From: Thermoplasmata archaeon
GTDB lineage: Archaea; Thermoplasmatota; Thermoplasmata; Lutacidiplasmatales; UBA184
Direction of reading: 5' to 3'
Assembly (NCBI GenBank): GCA_050749465.1
Contig: JBOGRO010000051.1
Location: forward strand, 6,742-70,741
Length of the DNA stretch: 64,000 nucleotides
Shown here in pieces: positions 17,305-24,971 of this stretch (the first letter of the stretch is position 1; each line of letters opens with the position of its first letter). Under the pieces are notes generated by a model. It was not told the DNA's origin, did no database searches, and saw nothing but the letters and a program-made list of their open reading frames with translations. The position numbers and the translations under genes were made by a program.

Positions 17305-18739
17305 ACGGGCCCGGTCCTCCGCCCGTGACGCGCCCCGGGTCCTGTTGGTCGACCCGTACATCGCACGGGAAGACCCGATGGAGCGGAAGTTCGTCGAGCT
17401 CTACCCGTCCCTGGGACTCCTGACGCTCGGCGCCTACCTTCGGGACCACGGCGTCGCGGTCGAGATCGTCGACCTCACGTTCGCGCGCGACGCACGTCCG
17501 GTCACGAGTCGGCTCCGGGCGTTCCGTCCGGATATCATCGGCGTCCACACGAAGACGCTCACGCGCGACCGGGCCATCGACGTCGCCGAGCGGGCCCGGG
17601 CGGAAGGGGCGATGGCGGTCGCCGGGGGACCCGACTCGGCGAGCCGTCCGGAGGAGTACCTCGCCGCGGGGTTCGACGTCGTCGTCCCCGGTGAAGGGGA
17701 AGCGGCGCTGGTGGAGCTGGCCGAGCGGGTCCACGCGGGCGGCCGGGCGAACGGGATCCCGGGGGTCACCGTTCGTCAGGACGGGCACCTGGTCCGGGGA
17801 CCTCCTCGTCCGTTCCTGAAGGACCTCGATGCGCTTCCGCTCCCCGCGTGGGAGCTCGTCGACATGGAGGAGTACCTCGGACGATGGCAGGCGTCGACCG
17901 GCGAACGTCGGGCGGCCGTGCTCACCTCCCGCGGGTGCCCGTTCGACTGCTCGTGGTGCTCGAAGCCGACGTTCGGCCGGACGTTCCGCCAGCAATCCCC
18001 CGAGCGGGTCGTCGCCGAACTGCGCGCCCTCAAGGAGCGCTATCGCGTCGACTACGTCCGCTTCTGTGACGACGTCTTCGGGGTTTCCCGCGCGTGGATC
18101 GATCGCCTCCTGACCCTCCTCGCGGCCGAGGACCTGCGACTGCGGTGGGAGTGCCTCGCCCGGGTCGACCTCCTCAAACCGGACCTTCTCTCCCGGATGC
18201 GCAGCGTCGGGCTCGAGCGGGTCTACGTGGGCGTCGAATCCGGTAGTCAGAAGATGCTGGACCTGATGAATCGGGGCACCCGCCTCGCCCAGGTCGAGCG
18301 GACCGCCGCCGCCCTCCGCGACGAGGGGATCCGGCAATTCTGGTTCCTCATGCTCGGCTTCCCGGGGGAGACGCTCGAGGACATCGAGGCGACGCTCCAG
18401 CTCTTCCGCCGGTTCAGCCCCGAGGAGTACTCGGTGTCGATCGCGGTGCCGGTGCCGGGGACCCGGTTCTACGAGAGCGTGAAGGACCGTCTCACCGGCA
18501 AGGCCCGTTCGACCCCCCGTTCGGGAGGAGCGTCCCTCCTCTTCGAGGCCGCGTACCCCGAGACGCTCTACCGTTGGGAGCAGGCGCGCTTCGGGCTCGA
18601 GGCGGCGCTCGGCAAGGCCCGCGAGCGGTTCTCGCCCCGGGTCGCCCGGCGGATCGGCCACGCGGTCGACCGGTTCCACGAGCGGGTCGCGACGCCGTTG
18701 CTCGTGGGAAAACGCCCCCCCGCGAAAGCGTCCCACTAG
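17297..18739 (+). CDS. B12-binding-domain radical SAM protein (class B-like)
   Basis: ATG 17297 overlaps the ferredoxin 3' end. N-terminal cobalamin-binding-like fold (VLLVDPY...GLLTLGAYLRDHG...IIGVH...AGGP). Radical SAM cluster motif CPFDCSWC and GVESGSQKML. Substrate unknown. Confidence 0.85.
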   Translation: MAERARSSARDAPRVLLVDPYIAREDPMERKFVELYPSLGLLTLGAYLRDHGVAVEIVDLTFARDARPVTSRLRAFRPDIIGVHTKTLTRDRAIDVAERARAEGAMAVAGGPDSASRPEEYLAAGFDVVVPGEGEAALVELAERVHAGGRANGIPGVTVRQDGHLVRGPPRPFLKDLDALPLPAWELVDMEEYLGRWQASTGERRAAVLTSRGCPFDCSWCSKPTFGRTFRQQSPERVVAELRALKERYRVDYVRFCDDVFGVSRAWIDRLLTLLAAEDLRLRWECLARVDLLKPDLLSRMRSVGLERVYVGVESGSQKMLDLMNRGTRLAQVERTAAALRDEGIRQFWFLMLGFPGETLEDIEATLQLFRRFSPEEYSVSIAVPVPGTRFYESVKDRLTGKARSTPRSGGASLLFEAAYPETLYRWEQARFGLEAALGKARERFSPRVARRIGHAVDRFHERVATPLLVGKRPPAKASH

Positions 18740-18873
18740 CCACGCGGGGCGGCCTCGGCGCGGGCCACCCGCGGATGGATCGGGCACGGCCGCTCGAGCC
18801 GACAGAATCGGCACTTCTCGGGAGGTACCGGGGGGATCGGCTTCCGTAGACGACCGTACTTGCGTCGCGGCAT
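18736..18873 (-). CDS. possible 45-aa Cys/His mini-protein (hypothetical)
   Basis: MPRRKYGRLRKPIPPVPPEKCRFCRLERPCPIHPRVARAEAAPRG, with CxxC-x5-CxxH spacing. Its stop shares the tetranucleotide CTAG with the radical SAM stop. Moderate GC3 and no recognisable promoter, so it could be a shadow ORF. Confidence 0.25.
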   Translation of the reverse strand: MPRRKYGRLRKPIPPVPPEKCRFCRLERPCPIHPRVARAEAAPRG

Positions 18874-18952
18874 CGGACTACCGAGCGGGCATTCTCCCGG
18901 CTCCTTTCCGCGTGGCGCTTCCCCGGACGGGTCGGGCCCCGGTAGGCGGCTC

Positions 18953-20098
18953 ATGGGGGGACCTTTTGAGGCATCTCGACCCGTGACCCTCGTGGCGCTC
19001 CGGGGGGGTCTCGCCACGCCAGAGGGGACCGCTCGGTTCCGCGATCGGGGCCTCGAACGCCGACATCTCGACGCCGCCCACTTCCGCACGGCACCGGGGG
19101 GGCTCGCGGCGAGCTCGCTCGGGATCGGGACGTACATCGGCTCCCCGGACGCGCCCACCGATCTCGCGGTCGAGCATTCGGTGACGATCTGCCTCACGTC
19201 GGGCCGGGTGAACGTGCTCGACACCGCGATCAACTACCGGCACCAGCGCGCGGAACGGAGCGTCGGTCGGGCGCTCGCCCGGCTCTTCGAGCGGGACGAG
19301 ATCGCGCGGGACGAGGTCCTCGTCGCGACGAAGGGCGGCTACTTCGCGCCGGACGCGGAGTCGCGTCTTCCCCCTCACGAGTGGATCCGTCACGAGCTCT
19401 ACGACGCCGGCGTCGTAACGCCGTCCGAGGTCGTCGACGACTGCCACGCGATGTGCCCCCGGTACCTCGCCGACCAGTTCGACCGCAGCCGCAAGAACCT
19501 CGGGCTGGAGGCGGTCGACCTGCTCTATCTCCACAACGGCCCGGACACCCAGCTACCGGTGGTCGGCCGGGAGGAGTTCGAACGCCGGCTCGAGGCGGCG
19601 TTCGGTTTCTACGAGGAGCTCCGGGCGAAAGGGCTGCTCGGAGCGTACGGGATCGCGACGTGGGACTGCCTCCGCGTCCCGCGCAGCGAAGCGGGCTACT
19701 ACTCGCTCGCCTCCGCGGTCCGGATCGCGAAGAAGGTCGGCGGAGAGCGTCACGGATTCCGTTTCATCCAGTTCCCGTTCAACCTCGCGATGCCCGAGGC
19801 CGCGGCCATCCGCAACCAGGCGGTCGAGGACGACCGGCTCACCTTGTTCGACGCCGCGGTGCGCCTCGGCGTCGCGTGCTTCACGAGCGTGCCGCTCCTC
19901 CAGGGTCAGCTCGCGCGCGTCGGACCGCGGCGGCGGGGGCTCAGCCCGGCCCAGACCGCGCTGCAGTTCGCGCGCTCCGCGCCCGGCACGCTCGGGCCGC
20001 TGATCGGCCAGAAGAGCTCCGAGCACCTCGCCGAGAACCTCGAGATCGCGAACCTTCCGCCGTGGGATGCGGCCGGTTTCGCCGACGTGATCAGCTAG
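18953..20098 (+). CDS. aldo/keto reductase family oxidoreductase
   Basis: ATG 18953. AKR pattern LGIGTYIG...VLDTAINYRHQRAERSVG...VATKGGY...DLLYLHNGPD...GAYGIATW...IGQKSSEHLAENL. Confidence 0.85.
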   Translation: MGGPFEASRPVTLVALRGGLATPEGTARFRDRGLERRHLDAAHFRTAPGGLAASSLGIGTYIGSPDAPTDLAVEHSVTICLTSGRVNVLDTAINYRHQRAERSVGRALARLFERDEIARDEVLVATKGGYFAPDAESRLPPHEWIRHELYDAGVVTPSEVVDDCHAMCPRYLADQFDRSRKNLGLEAVDLLYLHNGPDTQLPVVGREEFERRLEAAFGFYEELRAKGLLGAYGIATWDCLRVPRSEAGYYSLASAVRIAKKVGGERHGFRFIQFPFNLAMPEAAAIRNQAVEDDRLTLFDAAVRLGVACFTSVPLLQGQLARVGPRRRGLSPAQTALQFARSAPGTLGPLIGQKSSEHLAENLEIANLPPWDAAGFADVIS

Positions 20099-22653
20099 TC
20101 GGTCGGTGGCGCGGAGGCGGGGCCGCCGCCGGGGGCGAGCGTCGAGACCCCGTCGACCTTCTCCACGCGCACGACCCGGTCGGCGACCCCGGCGAGCTCG
20201 TCCTCGTGGGAGACGAGGATCACCTGGGGCAGGGCGAGCTCGTCGAGCAGCTCGCCCATCCGCACGACCTGCTCCGGCGAGAAACCGTCGGTCGGTTCGT
20301 CGAGAAGGAACGTCTCGAGCTGCAGGTTCCCCAGCGCGCGGACCACCTGGGCGAGCGCGAGGCGGAACGCGAGCGCGAGGCTCGTCCGCTCGCCGCCGCT
20401 CAGCGCCTCCGCCGGCGTCCACTCCCCCTCGATCGCGACCGCGGGGGTGAACGCGACGTCGGTGCGGGCGACCAGCGCCGCGTCGTCGATCAGGGCCGCG
20501 AAGTAGCGCGCGAAGTTGCGCTCGAACGCGGCCTGGGCGTGCGCGAGGATCTTCTGCTCCATCGTGAGGATCGCGACCCGGAACGGTCCGTTCGCCCACT
20601 CGGCCTTGGACTCGAGCTCGGCGGCCTCGGCGACGCGGCGGGCCCGCTCGGCGCGGCCCCGCTCCGCGTCCCGGACGCGACGCACGGCGCCGTCGAGCCG
20701 GGTGTCGACCCGGACCAGGGCGTGCCGGTCGACGTCCCGTTCGCTCTCGGCCTCCCGGCGGCGGGCGGTCGCGGACTCGAGGCGTCGGGCGAGCGCCTCG
20801 GCCCCGTCGACCCGCGGGCGGAGGAGGGCGATCCGCCCTCCCCGCTCCTCGCTGCGTCGTCCCCGCGTCGCGGTCTCGAGGTCGATCCGAGCGACCTCGT
20901 CGGTGAGGGTCGCCGCCGCCGCCTCCGCCGAGCGAACCCTCTCGGCGGCCCGGGCAGCGCGTTCGACCTCCTCCGCAAGTCGCACTCGGTCGGTCTCCGA
21001 GTTCGCCGCCTCGACGCGGAGGCTCGCCGCGCGGGTCTCCGCCGACGTCCCTTCGCGGACCCGAGCGCGCGCTTCCTCGAGCGCCAGCCGGACCTCCGAG
21101 AGCGCGGTCGCGGCGGCGCGGGAGTTCGTCTCGGCCGCGGTGAGGGCCGCCCGCGCCGAGCCGCGCTCCCGCTCGACCTGGACCCATCGATCGTGCGCAC
21201 GGTCGAATCGTTCGCGCGCCTTTCGCGCTTCCTCGACCCGGGCCCGGTCGCTGACGAGTGCTCGGTAGGCATCCTCGGCCGCCTCGGCGTCGCGACTCGC
21301 GTCGGCACGGTGGGGCTCGAACTCGCTCGCCCTCACCGCCTGCCCGCAGCGCGGGCAGACCCCCGCGCCGAGCAGCTCTTCGAACTCGGAGAGCGCGGCT
21401 TGGCCGCGAGCGCGGGCGGTCAGGGCGGCCGCCTCTTTCTCCCGGAGCTCGGAGAGGGCTCGGTCGAGCCCCTCCACGGTCTCGGGCGTCGGCGCGGGCG
21501 GCTCACGGCCGGGGCCGTCCGCGAGGGCTTGGTGGAGGGAGGCGCGCGCTCGCTCCTCGTCGGAGCCCGCGCGGTCCCGAGAGGCCTCCGCGGGTCCCAG
21601 ACGTCGTTCCCCGGAGGCGACGTCCGCTCGCGCGCGATGCAACAGACCGAGAGGCCCCGACAGCGCGTCCACGTCGGCGCGGAGTCGGGCCCGGTTCGAG
21701 TCGAGGGTCGAGAGCGCGGCTTTCCGGGCGTCGAGCTCCGCCGCGTCGGCCCGCGCGGACCCCGCGGTCCGCTGATACTCGGCGATCGCGGCCGTTCGCT
21801 CCGCGCGTACGCGGGCGCGTGTCGCGAGGGCGTCCCGGTCGGACGCGTCCTCGCCGAGGAGGCTCTCCAGCTCGCGTCGGTCCGCCTCGACGCCGCGCAC
21901 CGCTCGCTCGGCCGCCTCCACCTCGGCCCCCACCGCGCGGAGCGTCGCTTCCTTTCGCTCGATCGAGCCCTCGAGGGTGGCGCGTTCGACCTGGAGCTGA
22001 TGGGTCTCCTCCGTCGCGGCGGCGAAGTCGTCGTCGAAGTGCCGCAGGAGCTCCGCTTCCGCGGTCCGGGCGCGAGCGCTTCGCCGCAGATCGGTCGCGA
22101 GCTCCGCGGCGTTCTCCGCCGCGGTGCGGTACTTCTCGACGCCGAGTGCCTTGCGGACGGTCTCGAGCCGGTCCTGGGGCTTCGCGCCGAGGATGTCGCG
22201 CATCCGCTCCTGGGGGACGTAGACCGCCCAGCGCCAGAGGTCGGAGTGCGCGGTCGGGTTCGGGTTATCGGGAAAGCCGAGGAGCTCGATGACCCGCTGG
22301 CGGAGCTCGGTCGCCGAATACTCGGTCTTCGCCCCGTCGACGGAGAACGCCGTCGCTTGCGGCTCGAAGGTCTCGCGACCCTTGCGCCGGACCCGACGGA
22401 ATCGACGCGAGACCTCGTAGCGGTGATCTGCATCTTCGAAGACGACCGCGACCTCCGCGTGCGAGGCGCCGTGGCGGACGAGGTACGCCGCGTCGACCTC
22501 GGAAGTGCCGAAGAGCGCCATCTCGATCGCATAGAGGAGGCTCGTCTTCCCGGCGCCGACGTCGCCCGAGACGAGCGTCGTGCCGGCGCCGAAGTCGAGC
22601 TCGGCCGACTCGTAGCTGCGGATGTTCTTTACCCGAAGGTGGCTCAGCCGCAC
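20095..22653 (-). CDS. rad50: DNA double-strand break repair ATPase Rad50
   Basis: 852 aa. Walker A GDVGAGKTS, long Ala/Glu/Arg coiled coil with zinc hook CPRCGQ, signature LSGGERTS, Walker B FLLDEPTDGF. GTG start 9 nt after the mre11 stop. Confidence 0.95.
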   Translation of the reverse strand: MRLSHLRVKNIRSYESAELDFGAGTTLVSGDVGAGKTSLLYAIEMALFGTSEVDAAYLVRHGASHAEVAVVFEDADHRYEVSRRFRRVRRKGRETFEPQATAFSVDGAKTEYSATELRQRVIELLGFPDNPNPTAHSDLWRWAVYVPQERMRDILGAKPQDRLETVRKALGVEKYRTAAENAAELATDLRRSARARTAEAELLRHFDDDFAAATEETHQLQVERATLEGSIERKEATLRAVGAEVEAAERAVRGVEADRRELESLLGEDASDRDALATRARVRAERTAAIAEYQRTAGSARADAAELDARKAALSTLDSNRARLRADVDALSGPLGLLHRARADVASGERRLGPAEASRDRAGSDEERARASLHQALADGPGREPPAPTPETVEGLDRALSELREKEAAALTARARGQAALSEFEELLGAGVCPRCGQAVRASEFEPHRADASRDAEAAEDAYRALVSDRARVEEARKARERFDRAHDRWVQVERERGSARAALTAAETNSRAAATALSEVRLALEEARARVREGTSAETRAASLRVEAANSETDRVRLAEEVERAARAAERVRSAEAAAATLTDEVARIDLETATRGRRSEERGGRIALLRPRVDGAEALARRLESATARRREAESERDVDRHALVRVDTRLDGAVRRVRDAERGRAERARRVAEAAELESKAEWANGPFRVAILTMEQKILAHAQAAFERNFARYFAALIDDAALVARTDVAFTPAVAIEGEWTPAEALSGGERTSLALAFRLALAQVVRALGNLQLETFLLDEPTDGFSPEQVVRMGELLDELALPQVILVSHEDELAGVADRVVRVEKVDGVSTLAPGGGPASAPPTD

Positions 22654-22662
22654 GACGCCTTC

Positions 22663-23946
22663 CTACGCCGCGCCGTCGCGGCCGACGCCGAGCAGTCGCC
22701 GCGCCGCGGCGAGGCGAGCGCTCGCGTAGTCGAGGCGCGACTCGCCCTCCGACTTCGGGAGTCCCAGCTCGCGCACGAGCTCGCGGACCGTGCGCTCGGC
22801 GTCCGGTCCGGCGAGCCACGGCGCCGCGGCGGCCTCCTCCTGAAGCAGGCGATGGATCTCGTGGGACTCGACCTCGCTCTCACGGGTCGTGCCGGCTCCG
22901 GCGGTCTCGGGGAGTTCGAGCTCGCTGACGTCCCAGTGGACCGTCCCCGCCGACCTTCCCTCGGTCCGGGCGACCTCGGTGAGCGCGAGCGCGGCGACGC
23001 TCCCGTCGGCGAGGGTGCCGAGGAGCTTGGGGAAGACGAGCGCGCCGGGGTGAGCCGCGGCCTCCTTCACCCGCGCGGCGACCTGCGCGTGCGCCGCCTC
23101 GGCGGTCTGCCCCGACAGGTCGATATCGACCAGGCGGACGACGTCGCGCGGCGCCGTGTCGACGAACTCCGCGCTCGGCGTCCCGCGTTCGACCGTGACG
23201 ATCACGACCCCCTGGTGGGTCTCGCCCGCCTGGCCGTGGACGAGGTCCGGTCGGCTGGTGCCGAACACGGCTCCCGGGTTGACGAGGAGTCCCCCGTCGG
23301 GTCCCTCGCCCTCGTAGGTGAAGTGGATGTGCCCCGCGGCGTAGTAGTCGCACCCGCCGGGGAGGTCCTCGCGCCGGATCCCGCGGAGATGCGCGCGCAG
23401 GTGGGCCGGCAGGTATTCCTCGACCGCCGCGTGGAACTGGAAGATCTTGAAACCGGGTTCGGCGCGGAACGCCTCGGAGTCGACGGCGCGGAAGTACTCC
23501 CGGTCGAGCCCGTGGGAGCGCCCCGAGATGCCGGCGATCCGCGCGCCGGTCGGCGCATCGACCCGGAACGGCAGCGACCAGCGCGTCCCCTCGGTGCGGA
23601 CGGCCTCCGGCGCGACCTTGAGGAAGACACCGGTCTCGGCGAGGACGTCGAGCCAGCTCGTGCGGTGCGCGACGTAGTCGTGCGAGCCGTAGATCACGTA
23701 GATCCGCCGGCCCTCTTCGACCAGTCGCCGCAGCGCCGCCGCGACCGGGGCGACCTCGGCCGGGTCGGGGACCGGGGTGTGGAAGAGGTCCCCCGAGATC
23801 AGAAGGAACTCGGCGTCCCGCTCCCGGACGACGTCGAGCGCGCGCAGCACGCTCTCCCGCAGCGCGGTGCGCACCGCGGGGTCCCGAGGCCAGGCACCGA
23901 CGTGGGCGTCCGCGAGGTGCGCGAAGACGAACCGGTCCGAAGCCAT
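22663..23946 (-). CDS. mre11: DNA repair nuclease Mre11 (metallophosphoesterase)
   Basis: 427 aa. Phosphoesterase motifs FAHLADAHVG, ISGDLFH, YGSHD, AAGHIH. Confidence 0.9.
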   Translation of the reverse strand: MASDRFVFAHLADAHVGAWPRDPAVRTALRESVLRALDVVRERDAEFLLISGDLFHTPVPDPAEVAPVAAALRRLVEEGRRIYVIYGSHDYVAHRTSWLDVLAETGVFLKVAPEAVRTEGTRWSLPFRVDAPTGARIAGISGRSHGLDREYFRAVDSEAFRAEPGFKIFQFHAAVEEYLPAHLRAHLRGIRREDLPGGCDYYAAGHIHFTYEGEGPDGGLLVNPGAVFGTSRPDLVHGQAGETHQGVVIVTVERGTPSAEFVDTAPRDVVRLVDIDLSGQTAEAAHAQVAARVKEAAAHPGALVFPKLLGTLADGSVAALALTEVARTEGRSAGTVHWDVSELELPETAGAGTTRESEVESHEIHRLLQEEAAAAPWLAGPDAERTVRELVRELGLPKSEGESRLDYASARLAAARRLLGVGRDGAA

Positions 23947-23955
23947 CCTTCCCCC

Positions 23956-24393
23956 CTACCGGGACGCGGCGCTCGAGGTCGAGCGTTCGCTCCCCGAAGG
24001 GGCGGTAGGGGACGACGGCGGTGCACCCATGCGTTTCGAGAGCGCCGCGAGCAGACCCGCGCCGGCGCCCATCGCGAGGATTCCGACCAGGAGTAGGTCA
24101 TCGGACGACGAACTGACCCCGCCCCTACTGGGCGGGGGCGGGGGTATCGGGGCCAGGGCGCTGGGAGCGGGAGCGAAGGCAGGAGCTTGACGGGCCGCGG
24201 CGACCCGCGCCATCTCGTTCGCGCGGGTGAGCATCCCCTGCATCATCGAGAAAAGCTCGGTCGCCTCCTCCATCGTGATCTGCCGACTCCGTAGGCGCCC
24301 GACGAGGTAGGTATACCGCTGGTTCCGCGAGCCGGGTTCTCCCGGGGGCCCCCCGCCCGGCGAGCCGGCCTGGTTCGACGCAGGTTCGTACAC
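23956..24393 (-). CDS. hypothetical small membrane protein, first gene of the mre11-rad50 transcription unit
   Basis: Ends 9 nt before the mre11 ATG. Helical segment (ITMEEATELFSMMQGMLTRANEMARV), Pro/Ala-rich linker, one TM helix (LLLVGILAMGAGAGLLAAL). Start uncertain: GTG 24393, TTG 24411 or ATG 24273. Confidence 0.45.
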   Translation of the reverse strand: MYEPASNQAGSPGGGPPGEPGSRNQRYTYLVGRLRSRQITMEEATELFSMMQGMLTRANEMARVAAARQAPAFAPAPSALAPIPPPPPSRGGVSSSSDDLLLVGILAMGAGAGLLAALSKRMGAPPSSPTAPSGSERSTSSAASR

Positions 24394-24453
24394 GGTGTCG
24401 GCGACCCCCAACCCACTCGGGCTTTTCAAGCATCCCCCGGTCGGAGAGCCCCA

Positions 24454-24461
24454 CCTTATAG
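24454..24461. promoter_or_regulatory. TATA box (CCTTATAG), possibly bidirectional
   Basis: Centred 27 nt upstream of the ATG at 24485 (plus strand). The near-palindromic box also faces the minus-strand small ORF/mre11/rad50 unit. Confidence 0.45.
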
Positions 24462-24484
24462 CCGCGTCCCGTCTCGTAGGGCCG

Positions 24485-24844
24485 ATGGCTCCAGACGCCA
24501 GCCCCGGCGCCGACGACAAGGACCGTCACCTCCATGTCCGGCTGACCGACGAGCACTCCTCGATCTACGACCTCGTGACCGAGTACCTCCAAGCCGCGGG
24601 GAAGGCCCCCGACTGGTACTGGCGCACCGCGGGCCGCCTCGAGGGGACGGACGCCGACAACCTGGAGGAGCTCCTGTCGAGCGCCTTTGAGGCCGGGGCG
24701 TACGTCGGGCACGACCACCCCGAGGACCTCGAGTTCCGGTGGGTCACCGAGGACGAGTGCGAGAAGGAGCGGCGACGCGAAGCGCACGGGGAAGAGCGCG
24801 AGGCCGCGAAGAAAGAGCGCTCGAGCCTCAGCCATTACGCGTGA
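24485..24844 (+). CDS. hypothetical acidic protein
   Basis: 119 aa from the ATG at 24485 (MAPDASPGADDKDRHLHVRLTDEHSSIYDLVTEYLQ...). Protein-like composition, leaderless spacing to the TATA box. No family recognised. Confidence 0.5.
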   Translation: MAPDASPGADDKDRHLHVRLTDEHSSIYDLVTEYLQAAGKAPDWYWRTAGRLEGTDADNLEELLSSAFEAGAYVGHDHPEDLEFRWVTEDECEKERRREAHGEEREAAKKERSSLSHYA

Positions 24845-24971
24845 CGCCTCGCTTCGAGAGCGATCGTACCGACCCACCGTCTCCGCGCACGGGGAGCCCC
24901 CTTAAGTGGCGCACGGAATATCCGGCTTCCCCCCGGCGGGGCCGAGCTTCGGGCCGCCGGCGGGCTGAACC

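Noticed and set aside
20095-23946. Interpreting mre11-rad50 as part of a defence or novel SMC-type system
   Set aside because: Both proteins have canonical archaeal Rad50 features (zinc hook CPRC, Walker A/B, signature motif) and Mre11 features (four phosphoesterase motifs), with typical lengths. Nothing in the sequence suggests anything but the housekeeping DSB-repair complex.
19381-24096. 1571-aa plus-strand ORF, the longest in the ORF track
   Set aside because: It lies antisense to rad50 and mre11, which have unambiguous motifs. The translation is monotonous Arg/Gly/Pro/Ala/Glu with no recognisable domain. This is the typical shadow ORF of a stop-poor GC-rich sequence.
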